DNA of 64,000 bases, from the NCBI GenBank assembly GCA_965215365.1, contig CBDCDS010000003.1, positions 2,080,001 to 2,144,000 of the forward strand, in the 5' to 3' direction. Below, piece by piece: positions 53,511 through 62,436 of this stretch (its first letter is position 1; every line of letters begins with the position of its first letter). The notes beneath the pieces were generated by a model, which had not been told where the DNA came from, ran no database searches, and saw only the letters and a list, made by a program, of their open reading frames with translations. The position numbers were made by a program, and so were the translations under genes. This DNA is from Gammaproteobacteria bacterium (GTDB taxonomy: Bacteria; Pseudomonadota; Gammaproteobacteria; Eutrophobiales; Eutrophobiaceae).

Positions 53511-54701
53511 TCAGCCGGCGCTGCCGGGAAGCCGATTATATTTGCGCACGAAACGGCGGTCAATCCAATCTTTCCAGCACCATACCCAGTGACCTTCCAG
53601 CGCCCACCAGGAGCGTGAAGCGATGGCGTACTTGTCTCCCGTGGAGATCAGGCTCAGGAACTCGCGTTGGGGAAAATAGGGTTTGAGCGGCCGGCCCAGC
53701 AACCTGTTGCGGAGATTCAACGCCAGCGGCGCCCCCTGGCGCACGGCGAATACACCGGATTTGGGTCGTGGATAGTTGCTGATATGAGCGATATCGCCGG
53801 CTGCGAAGATGTGCGGATGCGATACGGACTCAAGGGTATTGTTGACCTTGATAAAGCCCTGCTCATCGACTTCCATGCCGGCCGTTGCCGGCCAGGTCTG
53901 GGCGCGGGCCGTAGTTGCCCATAGCATCTCGTCTAACGCAAAGGTTGCGCCGTTGGCGCATTGCAGCGCGCCAGCCCGGACTGCGGTGACCTTGTGTTTC
54001 GTGTGCACGTCGATGTGGCGCTCGGCAAGCACGCGCCGGAATTTGGCGCGTACGCGGCGGTTATGGGTAGTAAGCACATCATCGGCATCGGTAAACAGGT
54101 GAAATTCCGGGCTTGTATAGTCCGCTGAGGCACTGGCCAGTAATCGTTGCAACCGATGCTGAAGCGCAAGTATCAGTTCAACACCCCCTGCCCCGGCGCC
54201 GACAATGCCGACGCGGGCGCCACCCTCACGGGCGCTGAGCCGTTCACACAGGCTTTGCCAGTTATTGACAAGGCCATCGATAGGTTTGACTGGCGTAACA
54301 TGGGCGCCGGCACCGGAGACGGCAGAGATATCCGGGGCAGAACCGACATTGATAGACAGCACATCGTAATTCACCTCGGGCCGGGCGCGACAGCCCAGTC
54401 GTTTATGCGCCGGGTCCAGGCCGATCACTTCATCATGGAAAAACCGGGCACCGGCAAACCGGCACAACGGCACCAGCTCAATATGAGCCTCAGCAAGGGT
54501 ATAATGCCCGGCTATGTACCCCGGTAACATACCGGAATAAGGCGCTTTCAGGTCGCGCGAGATCAAGGTGACGCGCACACCGGGCACGGGCCGCGTGGCG
54601 AACTTTTTCAACACCGTAACGTGGGTGTGGCCGCCACCCACCAGTACCAGCTCTCGCAAAACCGGAACGTTGCGTCTGGCGCCGGTCAGTTGTGCAGCCA
54701 T
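53511..54701 (-). CDS. FAD-dependent pyridine nucleotide-disulfide oxidoreductase (SelD N-terminal-domain-like)
   Basis: LVLVGGGHTH, PYSGMLPG, GAGAGGVE, FAAGD, PKSGVFAVRQG, WKDWIDRRF. Confidence 0.87.
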   Translation of the reverse strand: MAAQLTGARRNVPVLRELVLVGGGHTHVTVLKKFATRPVPGVRVTLISRDLKAPYSGMLPGYIAGHYTLAEAHIELVPLCRFAGARFFHDEVIGLDPAHKRLGCRARPEVNYDVLSINVGSAPDISAVSGAGAHVTPVKPIDGLVNNWQSLCERLSAREGGARVGIVGAGAGGVELILALQHRLQRLLASASADYTSPEFHLFTDADDVLTTHNRRVRAKFRRVLAERHIDVHTKHKVTAVRAGALQCANGATFALDEMLWATTARAQTWPATAGMEVDEQGFIKVNNTLESVSHPHIFAAGDIAHISNYPRPKSGVFAVRQGAPLALNLRNRLLGRPLKPYFPQREFLSLISTGDKYAIASRSWWALEGHWVWCWKDWIDRRFVRKYNRLPGSAG

Positions 54702-54730
54702 TGGGAATTTTCTCCCCCTTTACTGTTACA

Positions 54731-54757
54731 GGCCACCTCTAATTAATAGAGGTGGCC
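54731..54757. repeat. Solo terminal hairpin of MITE family B (27 bp)
   Basis: GGCCACCTCTAATTAATAGAGGTGGCC, perfect 11-bp stem as at 10534-10559. Confidence 0.75.
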
Positions 54758-54870
54758 TTATGCTGATGTGGCAAGTATAGTACAGCTGGAATCGATTGGG
54801 GAACATTTCGCATTTGCTTTTATTCGATGTTTGCGAATATTCTATGCAAAATGCCTTGTACAAGAAACCT

Positions 54871-55115
54871 TAACCCGCATATCTCACCAAGTGATGCGAA
54901 GATCGCGTCGGATTGGTTCTGCCTGCGGGTGCCTGGGCCCGAAGCCATAGCGGTAGCTATGGTTGAACAAGCACGTGCCCGCAGGCAGAACCAGGACCCG
55001 CGCGGGCGCATCAAGCGCAGTGTGTCAGGTGGAAAGAGCAGCAGTATTATCATCACTTATTGAGAGCAATCATGTTTCACAAGGCAACAAGCGACTGGGT
55101 GAGATCTGCGGGTTA
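54871..55115 (+). mobile_element. MITE family A, full-length copy (245 bp including flanking TAs)
   Basis: TIRs TAACCCGCATATCTCACCAAGT / ACTGGGTGAGATCTGCGGGTTA; internal stems GGTTCTGCCTGCGGG..CCCGCAGGCAGAACC and CCATAGC-GGTA-GCTATGG; no transposase. Confidence 0.88.
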
Positions 55116-55122
55116 AGCATCC

Positions 55123-55701
55123 ATGAAACGCATCATCATCGGCATGTCCGGCGCCAGCGGCCTGCCCTACGGCATCCGCCTGCTGGAAACGCTGGCTGGC
55201 CTGCCGGATATTGAAACCCAGCTGGTGATGACCCGCGCCGCCCGGCTGAACATTGGCATCGAGACCGAGCACAGTATTGCCGATGTTGAGGCCCTGGCCG
55301 ATACAGTGCATAACATCAAGGACATTGGCGCCAGCATTGCCAGCGGTTCTTTCCGCACCGACGGCATGATCGTCGCGCCCTGCTCCATGCGCACGCTCTC
55401 GGCAATCACCCACTCTTACGCCGACAACCTGTTGGTGCGCGCGGCAGATGTGGTCCTCAAGGAGCGCCGGCGTCTGGTTATCATGCCGCGCGAGACCCCG
55501 CTGCATACGGGACATTGCAAATTGTTTTATGAAGTATCGCTGCTGGGCGCGGTCCTTGCTCCGCCCATCCCGGCGTTCTACAACCGGCCGCAAACCGTTG
55601 ACGATATTGTCAACGCCAGCATCGGCCGGGTACTGGACCTGTTCGATATCGATCCGGGCATGGTGCGGCGCTGGGAGGGGATGAAGGGGTTAAACTCCTG
55701 A
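55123..55701 (+). CDS. ubiX: Flavin prenyltransferase UbiX
   Basis: GMSGASG, IASGS, APCSM.TL, RAADVVLKERR.LV..PRETP, PAFY. Confidence 0.95.
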   Translation: MKRIIIGMSGASGLPYGIRLLETLAGLPDIETQLVMTRAARLNIGIETEHSIADVEALADTVHNIKDIGASIASGSFRTDGMIVAPCSMRTLSAITHSYADNLLVRAADVVLKERRRLVIMPRETPLHTGHCKLFYEVSLLGAVLAPPIPAFYNRPQTVDDIVNASIGRVLDLFDIDPGMVRRWEGMKGLNS

Positions 55702-55721
55702 ACTCCAACACAGGATTATCA

Positions 55722-55952
55722 ATGAATACTATTGCTGAGCGGAAAAGAATTGTCAGCGACTTCATCAGGCGCTGCAATGACTACGCCGACGCACAGCTCA
55801 GCCAATGCAAGGCGCGTCTGCAACAGGCTGAAGACCTGGACGCACTGGCGCTGGAGGCGCAAATCTATAACTGGAAAGTCTATAAGGCGTTTAACGCTCA
55901 CGCCATTGAAGAATTAAAAACCACTGAGCTGGATAACTGGTTTGATGAGTAG
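55722..55952 (+). CDS. Hypothetical 76-aa helical protein
   Basis: AGGA RBS, plausible codon usage, follows ubiX and precedes a hairpin. Confidence 0.65.
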   Translation: MNTIAERKRIVSDFIRRCNDYADAQLSQCKARLQQAEDLDALALEAQIYNWKVYKAFNAHAIEELKTTELDNWFDE

Positions 55953-55957
55953 CGAAC

Positions 55958-55995
55958 CAGCCCGCAGAGAATAACGCGCCATTCTCTGCGGGCTG
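55958..55995. terminator. Perfect 15-bp stem hairpin (terminator-like or REP-like)
   Basis: CAGCCCGCAGAGAAT-N8-ATTCTCTGCGGGCTG, 5 nt after the stop codon; no U-tract. Confidence 0.45.
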
Positions 55996-56136
55996 CGCCT
56001 TGTCTTGACGATGCGGGTTGGCTCTGAAGCGGTCAGCATTAAATGGAAAAATTACCAGACAAGGTCTTTATGGTACTATTCCCTCTCCACCAGCTATTAG
56101 TCGGTGCACCGGCACCATAAATCAAGACAAATAATT

Positions 56137-57603
56137 ATGCACGCATCTTCTCTCCGTATTATCAGGATACTCTCTGGCCTGTTGTTACTGCTCGTCCCTA
56201 TTGTCGCTGGCGCGGCAGCGTCCGGGGTAGCCCCGGCGGCACTCGACTTCACCGACCACTGGGCCGGCATTGCCGCGCTGGTGATATTCGTTATCGCCTA
56301 CGCGCTGGTCATCAGTGAGGAAACCCTGCACCTGCGCAAATCCAAGCCAACCATTGTCGCCGCCGGTATCATCTGGGTACTGGTTGCCATCACCTACGCG
56401 CAGTACGGTCAGGCCCATGCGCTGGAAGGCAAATTAAGCCACAGCCTGCTTGAATTTGTCGAGCTGTTTTTATTCCTGCTCGCGGCCATGACGTATATCA
56501 ACACCATGGACGAGCGCGGGGTCTTCGCAATGTTGCGCGCCTGGCTGCTGGCCCAGCAATTCAATCTGCGCCAGCTGTTCTGGATCACCGGCGCGATATC
56601 GTTTGTGCTGTCGCCGATTATCGACAACCTGACCACAGCGCTGTTGATGGCTACGGTCATCTGTGCAGTAGGGGGTGACAACAAACGCTTTATCGCCATC
56701 GGCTGCGTCAATATTGTAGTCGCCGCCAACGCCGGCGGCGCCTTCAGCCCGTTCGGCGATATCACCACCTTAATGGTCTGGCAACAAGGCATTATCGAAT
56801 TTCAGGAATTCCTGGTGCTGTTCCTGCCGGCATTGGCCGGCTGGCTGGTAACGGCCGGCATTATGAGTTTTGCGCTCAGCACGGAGCGGCCGGCAGCGGT
56901 TATGGAAGAAGCCAAGCTCAAGTATGGTGCCTGGATCGTCATCGCGTTATTCCTGTTGACCATTACCATGGCCGTATCCTTTCACAACTTTCTGCACCTG
57001 CCGCCGGTATTGGGCATGATGACCGGTCTGGGCCTGCTGAACCTGTTCGGTTATTACCTGAAGCGGCGAGATGTTGCACTGTCCAGAGCAAGCCGGGCAA
57101 TGCCGGCGCAAGGCGCGGAATTTTCCGCCCTGGACGGTTGGCAGAATAATCAGGCACATTACGACATCTATCAGAACCTGCAGCGCGCCGAGTGGGACAC
57201 ATTAATGTTTTTCTACGGCATCATTCTGTGTGTGGCCGGGCTGGGCGCGTTCGGTTACATGGCTATCGTTTCTGAGTTTTTCTACGTGGAACTGGGGCCG
57301 ACCTACGCCAATATCTTTGTCGGCTTTGCCTCGGCCATTGTCGATAATATCCCGGTCATGTTTGCGGTGCTGGAAATGCGCCCGGATATGGACCACGGTC
57401 AATGGCTGTTAGTGACGCTGACGGCCGGCATCGGCGGTTCCATGCTGTCTATCGGCTCGGCGGCCGGGGTTGCGGTCATGGGTCAGGCCCGGGGGATTTA
57501 CACGTTTTTTTCCCACCTCAAGTGGAGCTGGGCCATTCTGCTGGGTTACCTGGTCAGCATTGTTGTGCACTTCATCGTCAATGCGTCGGCGTTTACGTCA
57601 TGA
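56137..57603 (+). CDS. nhaD: Na+/H+ antiporter NhaD
   Basis: EE.LHLRKSKP, SPIIDNLTTAL, AANAGGAFSPFGDITTLMVW, SAIVDNIP, GGS.LSIGSAAGV. Confidence 0.93.
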   Translation: MHASSLRIIRILSGLLLLLVPIVAGAAASGVAPAALDFTDHWAGIAALVIFVIAYALVISEETLHLRKSKPTIVAAGIIWVLVAITYAQYGQAHALEGKLSHSLLEFVELFLFLLAAMTYINTMDERGVFAMLRAWLLAQQFNLRQLFWITGAISFVLSPIIDNLTTALLMATVICAVGGDNKRFIAIGCVNIVVAANAGGAFSPFGDITTLMVWQQGIIEFQEFLVLFLPALAGWLVTAGIMSFALSTERPAAVMEEAKLKYGAWIVIALFLLTITMAVSFHNFLHLPPVLGMMTGLGLLNLFGYYLKRRDVALSRASRAMPAQGAEFSALDGWQNNQAHYDIYQNLQRAEWDTLMFFYGIILCVAGLGAFGYMAIVSEFFYVELGPTYANIFVGFASAIVDNIPVMFAVLEMRPDMDHGQWLLVTLTAGIGGSMLSIGSAAGVAVMGQARGIYTFFSHLKWSWAILLGYLVSIVVHFIVNASAFTS

Positions 57604-58226
57604 GCAAACGGTCTCTTGCAACCGGGCTGCTGGTGTGCGGCCTGGTGGCGCTGGCAACCATGATGGGAGTGCTGGTGGCAAAGCATCAGCAACCCGACCC
57701 GCCACCTGTCATTGCCGGGTTGCTTTGGCCGCAACCGAAGACCCTGTCCTCGTTTAGCCTCATCGACCAGGAAAATAATATCTTTACGCTGGCCGACCTG
57801 CACGGTAAATGGTCGCTCCTGTTCTTCGGTTTTACCCACTGCCCGGGGCCATGTCCGACGACCCTGGCAGTCATGAAACAAGTGCGTGAAGAGCTGGAAC
57901 AGGTCCAAGACCTGCAATTTGTATTCGTTACAGTCGATCCGGCCCGGGACACTTCGGCACGAATCAAGCAATATCTGGCCTCGTTCCACCCGGAATTCAT
58001 CGGCCTGGGCGGTTCGACTGAGCGGCTCTCGGCGTTGACCGGACAGATCGGGCTGGCTTATTTCCTGGACCAGACGGAAAGTAAAGAAAATTATCTCGTG
58101 GACCACAGCGCATCACTATTTCTGGTGGATCCGCAGGGGCGGCTGGTGGGGATTTTTTCCGCACCCCATGAGGCCTCAAGCATCGTTGACAGGTTTGCTC
58201 GGATTCGTACGTTTATTGATGGCTAG
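57600..58226 (+). CDS. SCO family copper chaperone
   Basis: FFGFTHCPGPCPTT (CxxxC), TVDPARD, VDHS. Confidence 0.92.
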   Translation: MSKRSLATGLLVCGLVALATMMGVLVAKHQQPDPPPVIAGLLWPQPKTLSSFSLIDQENNIFTLADLHGKWSLLFFGFTHCPGPCPTTLAVMKQVREELEQVQDLQFVFVTVDPARDTSARIKQYLASFHPEFIGLGGSTERLSALTGQIGLAYFLDQTESKENYLVDHSASLFLVDPQGRLVGIFSAPHEASSIVDRFARIRTFIDG

Positions 58227-58262
58227 CGGCAGCTCAAAACGCGCTGCCGTACGGGGACGGGG

Positions 58263-59105
58263 GTGAAGATAACTGTATTTTGTGCTGGCATCATAAGGTT
58301 GGCCGACACCCCGGCGCTACACCTGCTGTCGCGGCTGGCATACCGACTGACGAGATGTGCGTGGCGTCCCTGGAAAAATATCCTGATTCGTTTGTTTGTC
58401 TGGAAATACCGCGTCGACTTGCGTCTGGCAGAAAAAATCAAACCTGGTGATTATGACACCTTCAACGATTTTTTTACCCGCGCAATGAAACCCGCAGCGC
58501 GCCCCATTGCCGGGTCCGGCGCGCTGGTCTCGCCTGCGGACGGTTACATCAACGCCGCGGGAACACTGGACAATGAGCGGTTACTGCAAGCCAAGGGCAA
58601 GCGCTATACCCTGCTCGAACTGTTCAATGGCGACCGGCAATTTGCCGATTGTTTCCGTAACGGCAGTTTTATTACGATTTACCTCTCGCCCGGGGATTAC
58701 CATCGGATACACCTCCCCGCTGCTGGCGAGCTGCGCGCCATGGCTTATGTTCCGGGACGATTGTTATCTGTCAAACCCCGCAATGTGCGCCGCATTGACA
58801 AACTTTACACCCGTAATGAGCGTGTGATAACGGTCTTCAACTCAGCCATCGGCACCATGGCACTGATCTTCGTCGGCGCCATTTTTGTGGGTTCCATAGA
58901 AACGGTGTGGCACGGCGAGGTGACTGGCGCCGGCACGCGTGAATACCGGCGCTGGGATTATGACCCGGCTATCGGCTTTGCCCGGGGCGCTGAAATCGGA
59001 CGCTTCAATATGGGTTCAACGGTGATCCTGCTGACACAGGCCGGCAGGATAAGCCGATTTTATTCCGACCGGCGCATCGCCATGGGTGAGCCGCTCGCGG
59101 CATAG
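58263..59105 (+). CDS. psd: Phosphatidylserine decarboxylase proenzyme
   Basis: FNDFFTR, SPADG, YLSPGDYHRIH, RNER, RFNMGSTV cleavage site. Confidence 0.94.
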   Translation: MKITVFCAGIIRLADTPALHLLSRLAYRLTRCAWRPWKNILIRLFVWKYRVDLRLAEKIKPGDYDTFNDFFTRAMKPAARPIAGSGALVSPADGYINAAGTLDNERLLQAKGKRYTLLELFNGDRQFADCFRNGSFITIYLSPGDYHRIHLPAAGELRAMAYVPGRLLSVKPRNVRRIDKLYTRNERVITVFNSAIGTMALIFVGAIFVGSIETVWHGEVTGAGTREYRRWDYDPAIGFARGAEIGRFNMGSTVILLTQAGRISRFYSDRRIAMGEPLAA

Positions 59106-59124
59106 CAAAGGTTAGAAGACGCCT

Positions 59125-59427
59125 CTAAAGACGCGCTTTTGAGATACCGGCGCTGATAAACCCCGGAAACGCAAAGACCATGAACAAAAAAAAGGTGACG
59201 GCGTAGAACTCCCAGTCCTGAGCGTGGTTCTCGCCCTGCATTTTCTGCTCCACGCCCAGTGCCAGGAAACCGGCGAGAAAATACAGCAGCAGCCACTCCA
59301 GCAAGCACATCCACTGCTTCTTTCGGTCAGGCTTGATAACCAGCAGGAAGCGTCCGTAACACCAGGGCAGGTTGGCTAGGATAACCGTAACCGCAATCAG
59401 CAGCCAAGTCACGTTTCCCGCCGACAT
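59125..59427 (-). CDS. DUF2818-like small membrane protein
   Basis: LANLPW, LLEW, Q.WEFYAVT..LF.VFAFPGF; usual position after nuoN. Confidence 0.82.
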   Translation of the reverse strand: MSAGNVTWLLIAVTVILANLPWCYGRFLLVIKPDRKKQWMCLLEWLLLYFLAGFLALGVEQKMQGENHAQDWEFYAVTFFLFMVFAFPGFISAGISKARL

Positions 59428-59454
59428 AAGGGGCTCTAGGCGCGCTGTCGAGGC

Positions 59455-60903
59455 TTATAGCCCCACCACCCGGTTGCAGATCTCCATCAGTCCTCCGGGG
59501 GCAAAACCCAGCACCAGCACGGCCAGACCATTGACGCTGACCAGTATTCTGATCCCGGTGGCGGCGCTGAGCGTCGGGGCAATCTCTGCTTGGTCAAAAT
59601 ACATGAGCTTGATGATGCGCAGGTAATAATAAGCGCCTATCACCGAGAACAGCACGGCCAGCACGGCCAGCCAGATGTAACCGCTGGCAACCACTTCCTT
59701 GAGCACGTACCACTTCGCCCAAAAACCCAGGAACGGCGGCACCCCGGCCAGGGAGAACATGAACAACAACATTACCAGGGCAAACCAGGGACTGGCATCG
59801 GCGAGTCCCTTGAAATCATCCAGTCGGTCGGCCTCGTAATCCTTGCGTCCGATCAGGACAATAAAGCCGAACGCGCCTAGGCTCATAATCACATAAGCAA
59901 TCACGTAGAACAACGCGCCGGCATAGGTGGCGCCCTGTTCGGGATACAGGCCCGGCAGGATGCCCAAAATGAGAAAGCCGGCATGCGCAATGGCAGAATA
60001 AGCCAGCATACGTTTGATATTGGTCTGCACAATGGCAACGATATTTCCCACAGCCATGGACAACAGGGCAAGAATGATCAGCATCCCCTGCCAGTCGAGG
60101 TGCAGGGGCAACATACCATCTACCAGCAACCGTATCGCCATGGCAAACGCGGCCACCTTAGGCGCAGTGGCCAGGAACAGGGTGACCGCCGTGGGTGAGC
60201 CCTCGTACACATCCGGCACCCAGGAGTGGAACGGCGCTGCGCCCAGCTTGAAGGCAATGCCCACTATAATGAAGACCAACCCGAACAGAAACATGATTCT
60301 GTTATCGGACTCGGCTTCAAGATAAGCGGCAAGTTCCGGCAACACCAGTGTGCCGGAGACCCCATATACAATTGAAATACCGTATAACAACAGACCGGAG
60401 GCCAGCGCGCCCAGCACAAAATATTTCATGGCCGCCTCGGCCGCCGTTCCTGATTCCCGGTTCATGGCCACCATGGCGTACAAGGCCAGTGACATCAGTT
60501 CCAGGCCCAGATAGACGGTCAACAAACTGTGCGCGGAGATCATCACCAGCATCCCCAGTACCGCAAACAACCCGAGCACAAAATATTCACCCTGTAACAG
60601 CTCGCGCTGCCGGAAGTAATGGTAGGAATAGGCAAACACCAGCAAAGACCCAACGCAGACGGTCACCTTAAGCACCACACTCAGCGGGTCCAGAAGGTAA
60701 TGCTGGTGGAAGACGGCCACAGTCCCGGCGGGATACAGGTATAGCGCCAGACCTGCCACTACCAGCAGCGACACCTGGGCCAGCCAATAGGTCAGCTGCC
60801 GGTTCGGATTGTGCGAGAACACATCGCATAGCAGCGTCAGACAGACCAGCCCCAGCAAGGCCAGTTCCGGCAACACGAACAGGATTTCAGCGGTGATAAG
60901 CAT
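59455..60903 (-). CDS. nuoN: NADH-quinone oxidoreductase subunit N
   Basis: GLELMSL, EAAMKYF, FKLGAAPFH.WVPDVYEG, KRMLAYS. Confidence 0.97.
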   Translation of the reverse strand: MLITAEILFVLPELALLGLVCLTLLCDVFSHNPNRQLTYWLAQVSLLVVAGLALYLYPAGTVAVFHQHYLLDPLSVVLKVTVCVGSLLVFAYSYHYFRQRELLQGEYFVLGLFAVLGMLVMISAHSLLTVYLGLELMSLALYAMVAMNRESGTAAEAAMKYFVLGALASGLLLYGISIVYGVSGTLVLPELAAYLEAESDNRIMFLFGLVFIIVGIAFKLGAAPFHSWVPDVYEGSPTAVTLFLATAPKVAAFAMAIRLLVDGMLPLHLDWQGMLIILALLSMAVGNIVAIVQTNIKRMLAYSAIAHAGFLILGILPGLYPEQGATYAGALFYVIAYVIMSLGAFGFIVLIGRKDYEADRLDDFKGLADASPWFALVMLLFMFSLAGVPPFLGFWAKWYVLKEVVASGYIWLAVLAVLFSVIGAYYYLRIIKLMYFDQAEIAPTLSAATGIRILVSVNGLAVLVLGFAPGGLMEICNRVVGL

Positions 60904-62429
60904 CAGTTGATTTTGGCTTGGGCAATATGTTCTACCAACTGCCGCAGCGTCACGTCCATCAGTTCAAATAACGGCGCCGGCCACAGCCCCAGCAGCAGTA
61001 CCGGCACTGCCAGTAATAACAGGAATGAGACCTCGCGCAGGGACACATCCTGCAACGCCGCCACTTGTTCGTTGGCTATGTCTCCGAAGATCACGCGTTT
61101 ATACATCCACAAGGTATAGGCCGCGCCCAGAATCAGGACGGTTGCAGCCAGTACGGCAATCCAAGCATTGGCCTTGAAACTGCTGAGAATCACCATGAAC
61201 TCGCCGACAAACCCGGAGGTGCCGGGCAACCCGGCATTGGCCATGGCAAACAGCATCATAAACGAGGCAAACACCGGCATGGTATTCGCGACCCCGCCAT
61301 AGTCGGCAATTTGCCGGCTGTGCACCCGGTCATACATCACCCCCACGCACAGGAACAGCGCGGCCGAGATAAGGCCATGCGAGATCATCTGCATCATGGC
61401 GCCAGCCAGACCCAGGGCCGCGTCGGTGTTCGACCCGGCTTGTTCCATAATGGCAAACATGATGAAAAACCCCAACGTCACAAACCCCATGTGGGACACC
61501 GATGAATAGGCAATCAACTTTTTCATGTCCTGTTGCGCCAGGGCCACGAAACCGATATAAACGATGGCGATGAGCGACAACACGATCATAAAACCCGCCA
61601 GGGCGCCGCTGGCATCCGGGGTAATGGGCAAACTGAAACGGATAAAGCCGTAGCCGCCCATTTTTAGCAGGATTGCCGCCAGGATCACCGAACCGCCGGT
61701 GGGCGCTTCCACATGCGCGTCCGGCAGCCAGGTATGCACCGGCCACATCGGTATTTTCACGGCAAACGCCAGCAGAAAGGCGATAAAAATCCACTGCTGT
61801 TCGACCAGCGACAACGGCAACCGATACAGGTCAAAGAGATAGAAACTACCGATTTTAGAGTACATGTACAGCAGCGCCACCAGCATGAATACTGAACCCA
61901 GAAAGGTGTACAGAAAAAACTTGATGGTGGCATAAATACGCCGGGGGCCGCCCCACACGCCAATGATCAGGAACATGGGAATGAGCATGGCTTCCCAGAA
62001 AAAATAGAACAGGATCGCGTCCAGCGCGACAAATACCCCGATCATCAGACCTTCCAGGATGAGAAATGCCGCCAGATATTGGGTCACCCTGGTTTGAATG
62101 ACGCTCCAGCAGGCGCCCACCACCAGTACCGTGGTAAATGTTGTCAGCAGTATCAGGGGAACCGAAATACCATCCACCCCAAGATGGTAGTTGATGTTGA
62201 AAGTATCTATCCACACGGCATGCTCAACAAACTGCATGAGCATGGCGGCAGTGTCGAACAGGTAGCACAACCAGGCCGATAACAGAAAAATGAGAATGGC
62301 GACAACCAGTGCAAACAGTCTGGCAGCCTGTTGTTGGCGCTCGCCCAACATCAGCACAAAGATACCGCCCAGGATGGGCGCCCAGATCAGTAAGCTCAGC
62401 AACGGCAGGGATTGAAACAGGGGCGACAT
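60903..62429 (-). CDS. nuoM: NADH-quinone oxidoreductase subunit M
   Basis: GVDGIS, AFAVKIPMWPVHTWLPDAHVEAPT, KKLIAYSS.SHMG. Confidence 0.97.
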   Translation of the reverse strand: MSPLFQSLPLLSLLIWAPILGGIFVLMLGERQQQAARLFALVVAILIFLLSAWLCYLFDTAAMLMQFVEHAVWIDTFNINYHLGVDGISVPLILLTTFTTVLVVGACWSVIQTRVTQYLAAFLILEGLMIGVFVALDAILFYFFWEAMLIPMFLIIGVWGGPRRIYATIKFFLYTFLGSVFMLVALLYMYSKIGSFYLFDLYRLPLSLVEQQWIFIAFLLAFAVKIPMWPVHTWLPDAHVEAPTGGSVILAAILLKMGGYGFIRFSLPITPDASGALAGFMIVLSLIAIVYIGFVALAQQDMKKLIAYSSVSHMGFVTLGFFIMFAIMEQAGSNTDAALGLAGAMMQMISHGLISAALFLCVGVMYDRVHSRQIADYGGVANTMPVFASFMMLFAMANAGLPGTSGFVGEFMVILSSFKANAWIAVLAATVLILGAAYTLWMYKRVIFGDIANEQVAALQDVSLREVSFLLLLAVPVLLLGLWPAPLFELMDVTLRQLVEHIAQAKIN

Positions 62430-62436
62430 TATCGGC

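Noticed and set aside
54768-55214. Small ORFs over MITE A (also 39987-40196 and 5865-6167)
   Set aside because: Translations of the repeat itself, with no transposase motifs
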